Of a DNA stretch of 32,736 nucleotides, positions 9,528 through 18,274 are shown one piece after another. The translations under genes and the position numbers were made by a program. The stretch's first letter is position 1. Each line of letters begins with the position of its first letter. The DNA is from Candidatus Thorarchaeota archaeon (GTDB lineage: Archaea; Asgardarchaeota; Thorarchaeia; Thorarchaeales; Thorarchaeaceae). The notes beneath the pieces are model-generated. The model had not been told where the DNA came from, searched no databases, and saw nothing but the letters and a program-made list of their open reading frames with translations. The DNA is taken from contig JAEOUG010000102.1 of NCBI GenBank assembly GCA_016839445.1, positions 1 through 32,736 of the forward strand, written 5' to 3'.

Positions 9528-9986
9528 ATGAAGGGATTCTATGCGCTTGTCATCCGGGTCAAGAAGACAACAGCTCTGAAGATTGGAACTATGAGGAATC
9601 CAGAGATATCACCCGGAGTTCTTGTCTATGTGGGCTCAGCTCAGGGCTCAGGGTCGACCAGCATCGAGCGGAGGATTGCCAGGCACTTCAGATCTGAGAA
9701 GAAGGTTCATTGGCACATCGACTACCTCCTCGATCTTGTCGGAGGTCCAGAGGGCGCACTCTGGGTGGAGAGCGAGAATGGCTTCGAGTGTTCGCTGGTG
9801 CAAATGCTCGAGAGAAGCCCATCCTTTGAGAGCATCCTGAAGGGGTTTGGTGCCTCTGACTGCCAGGCAGGATGCAACTCTCACCTTCTAAGATACGCGG
9901 GCTCATCTTCGGCAAGGGCGGAGCTGGAACAGATTATTGCTGTGGTTGGCTTCGAGTCGCATTGGACAGATAGCGGAGAATTCTAG
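9528..9986 (+). CDS. GIY-YIG/Uri superfamily nuclease, archaeal DUF123 type
   Basis: Motifs KGFY...YVGSA...RIARH...K.HWHIDYLL...EC...GFGASDC..GC.SHL match the DUF123 family. Confidence 0.88.
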   Translation: MKGFYALVIRVKKTTALKIGTMRNPEISPGVLVYVGSAQGSGSTSIERRIARHFRSEKKVHWHIDYLLDLVGGPEGALWVESENGFECSLVQMLERSPSFESILKGFGASDCQAGCNSHLLRYAGSSSARAELEQIIAVVGFESHWTDSGEF

Positions 9987-10049
9987 TCGCTTAATCAGCA
10001 AGTGTTAAATGGCGTGTATGCGGTTTGCCACTATAGGAGGACTTACACC

Positions 10050-10265
10050 TTGCCTGATTGGAGGAGCGTTTTCCAAGATCTAAAAGCAACGGGCCAGACA
10101 TTCACTGTCTACCTGAGGTATATGCAGAAGGATACTCTGGCCAAGATTCCTAACGTGAGGGTTCAAGAAGTCCTAGATGATTATGTACGTCTGGAGAACC
10201 CGAGTGGACAAGGAATTCTAGGTTACGAGGACATACTCTACATATCCATCCCGAGACAGATGTAG
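10050..10265 (+). CDS. Small protein (71 aa), possible Sm/Hfq-like fold
   Basis: TTG at 10050 follows a GGAGG RBS (10036-10040). MPDWRSVFQDLKATGQTFTVYL...VRVQEVLDDYVRLENPSGQGILGYEDILYISIP reads as one helix followed by five short strands. Confidence 0.7.
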   Translation: MPDWRSVFQDLKATGQTFTVYLRYMQKDTLAKIPNVRVQEVLDDYVRLENPSGQGILGYEDILYISIPRQM

Positions 10266-10356
10266 GGCCAATCACTGTGCATGCATGGTGCCGTACGGCC
10301 AATGTTTTAATGCGCAGCTGTCCCTCTCTAGTCAGCATTGAGATTAGTATTGGTAG

Positions 10357-11328
10357 GTGCTTGTTGACGTGTCATCACTTGTGTACATACCTTTGGAGAA
10401 TGAAAGAGTCCTAGCTCAGTCCCCTGAGTACTACCTCACGAATTATCGCCTCATTCAGTTCGATCATGGAACTAGGTCAAGCGTGAGTATTCCGCTTCAC
10501 ATAATCAAGGAGTACAAGCTGACTCCAAGATCCGCCATGTTCAAGGTCACGAACGGGATAGTCAACGTGGTAGGAAACATGGTCCGTAGGGAGGAGTTGA
10601 GGTCCGCTCTGGGATTGAGGGAATATGACGGACTCACTGCAGGCATGTATAGGAAAATATGTGAAGTGAGCGGGATTCCCTTTGTACATCCAGATCATCC
10701 CTACAACAGATGGAGCACTATAGGATTCCATCGTCCCTTTTCACGACACTTCTACTCCACCTTCGCGTGGCTCAAGGACGAAGAGGTCTTCACGTACTAT
10801 CCGGACAACTTCATTCTGACGAACTACCGGCTCTATCAGCAGGACTTCAAAACGGGAAGGCTGTTCCTGTTCCCACTGTACATGGTAGAGACTTTCGAGT
10901 CTAGGAGCGGCCGACTCAGAATCAAGGCAACCACAGGGAGGTTCGACATCAAGGCAGTGGTGCCCAGACAGGACCACCTTGTGTCTGTCTGGCAGGCAAG
11001 GCTTTGGGACAGACTACCAAGAGAGCATCACGACTGGCTAGTTCGACCGTTTAGCTATATCACTCCTCATCACCCATTGTCACAGTACGAGGTAAGTGAC
11101 CAGGCAATGGTTACTCCAAGCCCAGTGGCGAGGGAAACCAGTCAGGAAATGGAGGCAGCAGCAGGTTCTGCCGGCGCAGGAACTGTCTTTGTCAAGCCCG
11201 TCATCAAGGACTCCTGCACCAATTGCGGTGCACCCATGTCTTGGGAGAGAATCGATTGGACTGGACCTGATCAGTACGCCTGTCCGTCCTGCGGACATCC
11301 ACACAGAGTGGACTACATCAGAATGTAG
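10357..11328 (+). CDS. Protein with two PH/GRAM-like repeats and a C-terminal Zn ribbon
   Basis: Two internal repeats, each containing LTNYRL (YYLTNYRLIQFD...IPL; FILTNYRLYQQD...FPL), then a low-complexity linker and CTNC-x16-CPSC. Confidence 0.8.
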   Translation: MLVDVSSLVYIPLENERVLAQSPEYYLTNYRLIQFDHGTRSSVSIPLHIIKEYKLTPRSAMFKVTNGIVNVVGNMVRREELRSALGLREYDGLTAGMYRKICEVSGIPFVHPDHPYNRWSTIGFHRPFSRHFYSTFAWLKDEEVFTYYPDNFILTNYRLYQQDFKTGRLFLFPLYMVETFESRSGRLRIKATTGRFDIKAVVPRQDHLVSVWQARLWDRLPREHHDWLVRPFSYITPHHPLSQYEVSDQAMVTPSPVARETSQEMEAAAGSAGAGTVFVKPVIKDSCTNCGAPMSWERIDWTGPDQYACPSCGHPHRVDYIRM

Positions 11329-11332
11329 ATGC

Positions 11333-13222
11333 CTAGCTGAAGTCCCGGGCCCATCCCAAGTCAAGCCGCTTGATGGTCGCGTCAGTCGGTAGACCGGTCT
11401 CGAGATCCCATCCCCTTAGTGTATAGTAGTCTCTCAGCATTGGCTCGAGATCCACGACCTGTCCCTTACCAGGACCTTCGGGCATTGGCTCTTTCGTGAA
11501 TCTGTCAGGGAGGTTATCATCCGCCTTGCCAATGCCTTCTCGGGCATTGAATATGCGCTTGAGTGTGACCTGTCGCTCGGCGATCCTGGTGAGATTCTCC
11601 ACCTTCGAGAAGTGCTTCTCACCTGTTGCCAGAGGTAGCATCTCAGCGAAGTCCTCCATCCAGAAGATGGGAGGCCAGGACACGGAATACCAGCATACAA
11701 TCAAGGTGTCCCGGATGCAGTATGCATTCTCGCTCTCTACCACTGCGGTGGCCTTGTACTTCTCCGTATACGGATCGATGATCTCCGGGAGCTTGTCAGC
11801 ACCCCATCGCTTCGCAGCTACGTCTTCATAGCCCAGCTGGTCAACGACAACAAGACTTCTGAGGTGATCCGCTCCGCGGGCGGCCGTAGCATGGCCAAGC
11901 CCGATGCTTCTGTGGGTTCTACCATCCTGTCCTGACACTTCCATTCCTTTCACGTGAATGGCGAACTTCTCAGTACCTCTACCCAAGCGCTCTGCAGCGA
12001 TCCTGCTACCCTCAGCTAGAAGGTCACCGAAACCATCACGCTTCCCAATCATCTCAAGGAGCTTGATGGTCTGTTCGTTGTCGCCCCAAGCCAGCTCCAC
12101 CCCACCGGTATCATCCACTCCAATTGCTCCCTTCACATAGGACTCTATGGCGAAGCCAATTGTCGCGCCTGCAGATATGATGTCCATGCCGTATCTGTTG
12201 CAGATCTGGTTCGCCTTCAGTGTGGTAGCATAGTCATCGATTCCGAGTGAGCTGCCGAAGGCCATGAGACCCTCATACTCAGGCCCTTCTTCGAGAGTCC
12301 CAGAGAAGGGACCATCAGGGATGTAGTTCATCTTCTTGCAGCCCAGACTGCAACCAAAACACGCGCGGTCTGTCACCGTGAATCGCGGCCGGATGTAGTC
12401 ACCGCTGAGCTTCTCCCAACCTTCGAAGACTCCGGTCTGGTGGTTGAGTGTTGGAAGCTCCCCAATCTCCTGCTTCACTGCAGTCAGAACCCATGTCCCC
12501 CACTTCCCCATTTCTCTTGCTTGGGGGTTCTCTCGTACCCTAGAGTGCGCCTTCTTGGCCAGTTCAGTGAATGCTTCACGATCATGGACTTCAACTGCAC
12601 CATGTCCGCGGACTGCTATAGCTTTCACATTCTTCGAACCTAGGACTGCCCCCATACCTGTTCGTCCAGCAGCACGAGCATGGTTGATGATGAGAGAGGA
12701 GAAGCGTACCAGTCTCTCACCGGCGGGACCAATCGCTGCAACCTGGTAGTCAGGGTCATGGTTCTTCTTCTTGATGGCCTCAGTCGCCTCATTCGTTGTC
12801 AGACCCCACAGATCCCCGGCATCCCGAATCTGGAGATCGGAGTCATGAATGTCAATGAAAACGGGCCTCTCAGACTTCCCCTCAACCACCAGCATGTCGT
12901 AACCGGCAAACTTGAGCTCGGCGCCAAGGAAGCCACCTACGTGGCTTTCCCCCCAAATTCCGGTGAGTGGCGCCTTGGAGATGAACACAGTCCTTCCACT
13001 CATTGGCCATAGTGTTCCTGTGATAGGGCCAGTCCCCAGAATGAGCTTGTTGCTGCTACTAAGGGGGTCCGTACCGGCACGTACCTCCTCGAAGAGGAGT
13101 CGTGCTCCGAAACCATCGCCACCGATGTAGTCCTTAATCCATTCCTTCGGAAGCGGCTGAATCTTGAATGTGCCATCCGTCAGGTTGACTCGCAGAATCC
13201 TCTCATGATATCCACCGGGCAC
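11333..13222 (-). CDS. aor: Tungsten-dependent aldehyde:ferredoxin oxidoreductase family protein
   Basis: Motifs ILRVNLT, KAPLTG...ESHVGG, ELKFAGYD, IGPAGE, RAAGRTGMGAVLGSKNVKAI, CFGCSLGC, EGPEYE, GMDIIS and YY.LRGWD. The start is placed at GTG 13222 after GAGGTGA; the ORF-track extension to 13372 overlaps the ferredoxin gene. Confidence 0.95.
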   Translation of the reverse strand: MPGGYHERILRVNLTDGTFKIQPLPKEWIKDYIGGDGFGARLLFEEVRAGTDPLSSSNKLILGTGPITGTLWPMSGRTVFISKAPLTGIWGESHVGGFLGAELKFAGYDMLVVEGKSERPVFIDIHDSDLQIRDAGDLWGLTTNEATEAIKKKNHDPDYQVAAIGPAGERLVRFSSLIINHARAAGRTGMGAVLGSKNVKAIAVRGHGAVEVHDREAFTELAKKAHSRVRENPQAREMGKWGTWVLTAVKQEIGELPTLNHQTGVFEGWEKLSGDYIRPRFTVTDRACFGCSLGCKKMNYIPDGPFSGTLEEGPEYEGLMAFGSSLGIDDYATTLKANQICNRYGMDIISAGATIGFAIESYVKGAIGVDDTGGVELAWGDNEQTIKLLEMIGKRDGFGDLLAEGSRIAAERLGRGTEKFAIHVKGMEVSGQDGRTHRSIGLGHATAARGADHLRSLVVVDQLGYEDVAAKRWGADKLPEIIDPYTEKYKATAVVESENAYCIRDTLIVCWYSVSWPPIFWMEDFAEMLPLATGEKHFSKVENLTRIAERQVTLKRIFNAREGIGKADDNLPDRFTKEPMPEGPGKGQVVDLEPMLRDYYTLRGWDLETGLPTDATIKRLDLGWARDFS

Positions 13223-13229
13223 CAGTGAT

Positions 13230-13718
13230 TCACCTCTGCTTCGCTGTGCGCTCAATTTCCTTGAGATAGCCAGCAATCTTCCTATGTCTGTCCACCCTTC
13301 CTGTCGTAGAAACCTCACCGTAGGTGATGGCACCCGTAGGGCAAATCCTCGCACACTCAGGATCCCCTCCACAGTGATCGCACTTGATTATCCTCATTCG
13401 GACTGCATCAAGCAGGATTACGCCATTCACACAAGCACCTACACAAGACTTGCAGAGGATGCATTTGTCCTCATCAAGGTAGGTCATCTTTGTGACTGGG
13501 TCCATACGCATTGCATAGACAGGGCACACATCGACGCAGGGAGCTGTTTCACAGGGACCGCACACGTTAGGAACATCAAGTCCCAGATCATCGTACTTCA
13601 CTATCTTGAGCCGCGCAAGGCTCGGCTGAAACTTGCCTTCTTTGGCTGCGGAGCAAGCGAGCTCACAGATTCTGCATCCTGTGCACTTCGTGTAATCCAC
13701 TATGAGTTGAGATGGCAT
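13230..13718 (-). CDS. 4Fe-4S dicluster (HycB/DmsB-like) electron-transfer subunit of AOR
   Basis: Cys motifs CTGCRICELAC, CGPCETAPCVDVCP, CILCKSCVGAC and KCDHC...C..ICP. ATG 13718 follows a GGTGA RBS; co-oriented directly upstream of aor. Confidence 0.93.
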   Translation of the reverse strand: MPSQLIVDYTKCTGCRICELACSAAKEGKFQPSLARLKIVKYDDLGLDVPNVCGPCETAPCVDVCPVYAMRMDPVTKMTYLDEDKCILCKSCVGACVNGVILLDAVRMRIIKCDHCGGDPECARICPTGAITYGEVSTTGRVDRHRKIAGYLKEIERTAKQR

Positions 13719-13846
13719 GGGAGTCACCTTGAGGGAATAGCAGAGTCAACCTCGTGGCTCTAAAATGCTTTGGCAGCTGGCAATCGGCGCCCTGCTTCTG
13801 CACGTTTTATTAGGGCACGTGCCTCACCAACGGATAGGGTGCAACA

Positions 13847-14263
13847 ATGGCTGTGAATGAGTCTAAAGATAGGGAAGAAGGTGCCAAAGGCAAGAAGCGA
13901 TCGGACCACACAGAAGTTGAGTTCGAGTTCGGTAACATTGAGTTCGAGGCAAAGGGTCGCAGTGTTGTCGTCGAGAGAATGTTCAGGCTACTCCTAGAGA
14001 AGATCGAAAGCGGCTCCTTGGTTGCTTCGTTCACACTCCAAGATATCGATGACGAAGAGGAAGAGGAGGAAGAAGAAGAGGAGGTATCTTTCGAGGATGT
14101 GGATGAGTACGAGGAACTCCCCGATACTGAGTTGGCAGAGGACATAGCAGAAGAGGAGCCATCCTTCGACGATGTTGTCGAGCCACCTCCGAGCTGGGAT
14201 ACTCTAGAGAGTGAGGAACCAGAAGTTTCAGACGCAGAGAAAGAGGAGTTTGATCTAGAGTAG
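13847..14263 (+). CDS. Hypothetical protein with a small folded N-terminal domain and a very acidic C-terminal half
   Basis: ATG start; fills the gap between convergent and divergent neighbours. Beta-beta-alpha-like segment TEVEFEFGNIEFEAKG...VERMFRLLLEKI, then an E/D-rich tail that includes a poly-E run. Confidence 0.75.
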   Translation: MAVNESKDREEGAKGKKRSDHTEVEFEFGNIEFEAKGRSVVVERMFRLLLEKIESGSLVASFTLQDIDDEEEEEEEEEEVSFEDVDEYEELPDTELAEDIAEEEPSFDDVVEPPPSWDTLESEEPEVSDAEKEEFDLE

Positions 14264-14266
14264 GTC

Positions 14267-15334
14267 CTAGTTCACGTCGACCACCCACCCATATGGGTCG
14301 TCTATCTCACCAGTCTGAATTCGAGTCAAATCATTGAAGAGCCTTTGAGTAAGTTGCCCGGTAGCTCGTCCAGCAATCTCGTATCTGGTACCTTTGAACC
14401 AGAGCGAGCCAATCGGAGCGATAACGGCCGCAGTGCCGCAGCCGAACATCTCTCTGATTGCTCCAGTGTCTATACCCTCAATCACCTCATCTATTGAGAT
14501 TGGCCGCTCACTAACCTGCATTCCATAGTCACGAGCCAGGGTAATCACGGAGTCCCTAGTTATTCCATGAAGGATTGTGTCGCTTAGAGGCGGAGTGACC
14601 ACCTCTTCTTCAGTCACCACGAATACGTTGCTTGTGCCCATTTCTTCGAGCCACTTGCGTTCGTGGGCGTCTAGCCAGAGAACCTGTGATGTGCCCACTT
14701 CCTGAGCCTTCGTTCCGGCATAAAGACTCGCCGCGTAGTTACCCATTGTCTTGGCGGCTCCAACACCCCCCCTGACAGCCCTGACGTGATCTGTGCTGAC
14801 ATAGATGTCCACCGGGCTGAAGCCGCCCTTGAAGTATGGTCCAACCGGGGCCAGAACGACGAAGTAGAGGTACGAAGAAGCTGGCTTCACTCCCAGCTTC
14901 GGTTCGGTGGCAATCATCGTGGGCCGGACATAGAGAGAGCTGCCAGGAACCTGTGGAATCCAGTCCCTTTCAATCCGCAGCAACTCCTTGAGACTCTCAA
15001 TGCCAAAGATGGGGTCTATCCGTGGCATCACCATTCTATCAGCAGACTGAATCAGGCGCTCGAAGTTCCTTTCAGGCCTGAAGAGGAGGACTCTCTCTCC
15101 CCGTCGATATGCCTTCATCCCCTCGAATATCCCCTGGCCATAGTGGAGGCAGAGAGCTGCGGGACTAAGCGACAAGTCACGGAAGGGATGGATTCTCGCA
15201 TCCTTCCATTCGCCATCTGAATAAGTGGCCGAGAGCATATGATCGCTGAAGACAGTACCGAAAGGAATCTGAAGCACGTCTGCAGGCTTCTCACGCCTCA
15301 TATCTTCAGCCACAAGTTCAATGTCGAGCTTCAT
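14267..15334 (-). CDS. ilvE: Branched-chain amino acid aminotransferase
   Basis: Motifs FG.VFSDHM, LHYGQGIFEGMKAY, LYVRP, AKTMGNYA (PLP Lys), EEMGTSN, ILHGITRDSV and FGCGTAAVI. Probable start ATG 15334. Confidence 0.95.
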   Translation of the reverse strand: MKLDIELVAEDMRREKPADVLQIPFGTVFSDHMLSATYSDGEWKDARIHPFRDLSLSPAALCLHYGQGIFEGMKAYRRGERVLLFRPERNFERLIQSADRMVMPRIDPIFGIESLKELLRIERDWIPQVPGSSLYVRPTMIATEPKLGVKPASSYLYFVVLAPVGPYFKGGFSPVDIYVSTDHVRAVRGGVGAAKTMGNYAASLYAGTKAQEVGTSQVLWLDAHERKWLEEMGTSNVFVVTEEEVVTPPLSDTILHGITRDSVITLARDYGMQVSERPISIDEVIEGIDTGAIREMFGCGTAAVIAPIGSLWFKGTRYEIAGRATGQLTQRLFNDLTRIQTGEIDDPYGWVVDVN

Positions 15335-15462
15335 GGCAGTCTCACTGTGAGTGGAGAATCGTTCCTTCCTCTTAAGGCCGAGGGTTCCCACTCCTGATGC
15401 GTCACAAAACATCTTAAGTTGCCGAAGTGAAGCACTCTCAATCTGATAAGGAGCTTTGAATC

Positions 15463-16068
15463 ATGAGCCACCGCGAAGGGGCCCCTGCTGAAGACCCATT
15501 CCATATGGACCCGAAGGATGTCCTCTCACAGTACAGCGTTGAGTGGGTATCTCTGAGAAAGTCGTATGATGAACTGAAGGAGCGGCTCAGCGAGGTTCAG
15601 GCGGAGTTGAGCGCACTCGATCGGAGACTCGAGATGGGCGTGATGGATGACCAGCAGCACATCAAGCAGTACCGAGAGAAGTGGGCAGAGTCAACCCAGA
15701 TGATACAGGTAAAGCGTGAAGTCGAGAGTAGGCTCTTCGAAATACAGAGAGAGATTCGTGCAGCAAATCGCCAGTTGAAGAAGCAAGAGGAAGAGCGAGT
15801 CAGGCGGGAACGAATAGAGCAGGAGCGCGCCAACGCGATGATTGAGTGGATGTCGCTCAAACAGGGCTTCGACTTGGTAGGTCAGCGAAGAAAGGAAATC
15901 AACGCCGCAACAGACAACCTTGAGAGAGAGCGTAGGAGCGGGGCCATTTCAGAACAAGAATACAGGCAGAAGAGAGTAGAGCAGATCCAGCAGCTTGCCG
16001 AATTGCGCACCGTTGAGTCAGATGTGAAGAACCGTCTTGCGGAGTTGCTGGCAGTCATCCGGGGATAG
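15463..16068 (+). CDS. Coiled-coil protein made of two tandem helical-hairpin repeats (CdvA-like coiled coil)
   Basis: AGGAG RBS. Repeats EWVSLRKSYD...GVMDDQQH...EVESRLFEI and EWMSLKQGFD...GAISEQEY...DVKNRLAEL. Confidence 0.8.
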   Translation: MSHREGAPAEDPFHMDPKDVLSQYSVEWVSLRKSYDELKERLSEVQAELSALDRRLEMGVMDDQQHIKQYREKWAESTQMIQVKREVESRLFEIQREIRAANRQLKKQEEERVRRERIEQERANAMIEWMSLKQGFDLVGQRRKEINAATDNLERERRSGAISEQEYRQKRVEQIQQLAELRTVESDVKNRLAELLAVIRG

Positions 16069-16090
16069 CAGTGCAGAGTGCACGAGTCTG

Positions 16091-16126
16091 AAAGAAAGAG
16101 GAGGCAGGACCCGCATGGAGTCCTGC
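16091..16126 (-). terminator. Stem-loop with a pyrimidine tract downstream of gdhA
   Basis: GCAGGAC-N9-GTCCTGC inverted repeat (16104-16126), followed on the minus strand by CTCCTCTTTCTTT. Lies between convergent genes. Confidence 0.6.
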
Positions 16127-16136
16127 GTAATCAAAT

Positions 16137-17483
16137 CTAGATACGGTGGCCCTGATCAACCATCGCATTGGCGACTTTGAGGAAGCCAGCGATATTAGCG
16201 CCCATGACATAGTTGCCCTTTGCGCCGAAGAGCTCCGAGGTGTGGTATGCGTTAGCGTGGATGCTCTGCATGATCTGATGGAGCTTCGCATCGACCTCTT
16301 CTCGCGTCCAGAAGAAGCGCTGACTGTTCTGAGCCATCTCAAGACCAGAAACAGAAACACCGCCAGCGTTAGCGGCCTTTCCGGGGCCATAGAGAATCTT
16401 GTTCTCAAGGAAGATCTCAACACCCGCAGGTACAGTGGGCATGTTCGCACCCTCGCCAACGGCCATAACACCGTTGTCAACCAGTGCCTTAGCCTCCTTG
16501 GCGTCGACCTCGTTCTGCGTAGCACTTGGAAGGGCAACGTCACACTTCAGGCTCCAGGGGCTTCCTTGTGATGAATAGTCGACCTTGTAATGGTCGGCGT
16601 ATTCCTTGATTCGTCCTCTTCTGACATTCTTCAGGTCCATGATATAGGCGAGCTTCTCTGCGTCAATGCCGTCAGGATCGTGGATCCAGCCGCTTGAGTC
16701 ACTCAAGGCGATCACCTTGGCACCCAGCTGAATGCACTTTTCAGTTGCATACTGAGCAACATTGCCTGAACCTGATACAACCACAGTCTTGCCCTTCATG
16801 TCCTCGCCACGAGTCTTGAGCATCTCCTGTACGAAGTACACACAGCCGTAGCCGGTCGCCTCTGGACGGATTAGTGAGCCGCCCCAGCCGGCGCCCTTCC
16901 CGGTCAAGACGCAAGTGCCATGGTGATTGGTTATCTTCCTGTAGGCACCGTAGAGGTAGCCGATCTCGCGGCCACCGACACCGATGTCGCCAGCAGGAAC
17001 GTCAACAAACTGACCAATGTGTCTGTAGAGCTCGAACATCAGACTCTCACAAAAGCTCTCGACCTCGGCATCTGTCTTGCCCTTCGGGTCGAAGTCCGAA
17101 CCGCCTTTGCCACCTCCCATTGGAAGTGTGGTCAGGCTGTTCTTGAAGATCTGCTCAAAGCCGAGGAACTTCAGCACGCCTTGTGTGACTGTCGGATGGA
17201 ATCGGAGCCCACCCTTGTACGGGCCGAGGGCGGAGTTGTACTGCACCCTGAAACCGCGGTTCACCTGAATCTTACCATCACGATCCTTCCAAGGAATACG
17301 GAACTGGATAATGCGCTCAGGTTCCACTATTCTCTCTAGGATTGAGTTCTCCTTATACACAGGATACTTCTTGATGGCAGGCTCTAGGCTCTCTAGTACT
17401 TCCAATACAGCCTGATGGAAGACTTCTTGCCCAGGGTCTTTCTCAACAACGCCGTTGTATACTTGCTCGATATAACTGTCCAA
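16137..17483 (-). CDS. gdhA: NADP-specific glutamate dehydrogenase
   Basis: Motifs EPER, GPYKGGLRFHP, LGFEQIFKNSLT, GGGKGGSDFDP, DVPAGDIGVG, RPEATGYG, GSGNVA, EGANMP and KAANAGGV. TTG start after a GGTGAG RBS. Confidence 0.97.
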   Translation of the reverse strand: MDSYIEQVYNGVVEKDPGQEVFHQAVLEVLESLEPAIKKYPVYKENSILERIVEPERIIQFRIPWKDRDGKIQVNRGFRVQYNSALGPYKGGLRFHPTVTQGVLKFLGFEQIFKNSLTTLPMGGGKGGSDFDPKGKTDAEVESFCESLMFELYRHIGQFVDVPAGDIGVGGREIGYLYGAYRKITNHHGTCVLTGKGAGWGGSLIRPEATGYGCVYFVQEMLKTRGEDMKGKTVVVSGSGNVAQYATEKCIQLGAKVIALSDSSGWIHDPDGIDAEKLAYIMDLKNVRRGRIKEYADHYKVDYSSQGSPWSLKCDVALPSATQNEVDAKEAKALVDNGVMAVGEGANMPTVPAGVEIFLENKILYGPGKAANAGGVSVSGLEMAQNSQRFFWTREEVDAKLHQIMQSIHANAYHTSELFGAKGNYVMGANIAGFLKVANAMVDQGHRI

Positions 17484-17629
17484 TGGGAATCACTCACCAA
17501 CAGTGTTAGCGGACGGCCCGCACCATGGCATGTAGATAAATGAATCGGATTGGTACAGCTTCCTAGAAGGTGGGCAGAACAAGAACAGTCTTTAGAAGCT
17601 GCGCGGAAGAATCACAAGAGGAGGAGTCT

Positions 17630-18274
17630 ATGTCAACGTTCGAGCAGGAATGGGTTTCGCCAATCCTTGAGGTCTACAAGAAGAGGAAGATCACCGAGGA
17701 GTACTCGGTCATCCTTGGACTCAACCCAGTTGGACAAGCTCTCTGCAGACATCTCTACGAGAGGAATGACTTCGAAACGGTCCTTCTCTTCAACTCACCG
17801 GCGTTCTCGTCTTGGAGTCGCTATCCAGCAGACCTGAAGCCACCGGTGGTGCCTGTTCATGGAATGGTTGCTGACGAACTGATGCTCGTGTTCGGGGACA
17901 TAATCATCAAAGAGCATGACTGGATGACGGACCTCCTGTTCTACATCAGAGGCAACGTTCCAACGAGATTCGTCATATCGCTGATGACCCATGACGGACT
18001 AACATGTGCACAGGTCACGTCCAAGAAGGGGGAGCGACTCTTGAGGAGGATGGACGTGCCGCTGGGAAGAGCTGATTTCTACGACTCTGTTTCCGCCCCT
18101 CTCATCAGCGCGGGAACAGCCGCGGGGCTTGACGTCGTGATTCTGTTCCTGGAATCCATTTCTGATGAGGTTCTCCTGCAGATTGACGACGAAACTGTCA
18201 CAAGAGGCGAGGTAGAAGCAGGACTGTCCCTGATTCTGAGAGGACTCAATCTGGAAGTATTTAATACGGACTAG
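17630..18274 (+). CDS. Hypothetical protein, possibly a divergent PAC2/proteasome assembly chaperone family member
   Basis: ATG 17630 after GAGGAGGAG. The pattern VILG.NPVGQ..CRHL...F.SPAF...L.LVFGD...SAPLISAG...GLDVVIL...L..ILRGLNLEV follows the PAC2 alpha/beta layout. The family call is inference. Confidence 0.65.
   Translation: MSTFEQEWVSPILEVYKKRKITEEYSVILGLNPVGQALCRHLYERNDFETVLLFNSPAFSSWSRYPADLKPPVVPVHGMVADELMLVFGDIIIKEHDWMTDLLFYIRGNVPTRFVISLMTHDGLTCAQVTSKKGERLLRRMDVPLGRADFYDSVSAPLISAGTAAGLDVVILFLESISDEVLLQIDDETVTRGEVEAGLSLILRGLNLEVFNTD

Noticed and set aside
9528-9986. GIY-YIG protein as a homing endonuclease or mobile element
   Set aside because: Its motifs match the stand-alone archaeal DUF123 family, and there is no intron, intein, terminal repeat or transposase nearby.
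13223-13372. N-terminal extension of AOR in the ORF track (similar extensions on cutA, udp, surE, ilvE)
   Set aside because: These extensions overlap neighbouring genes or promoters. Family homology begins at the downstream starts, several of which have a clear RBS.
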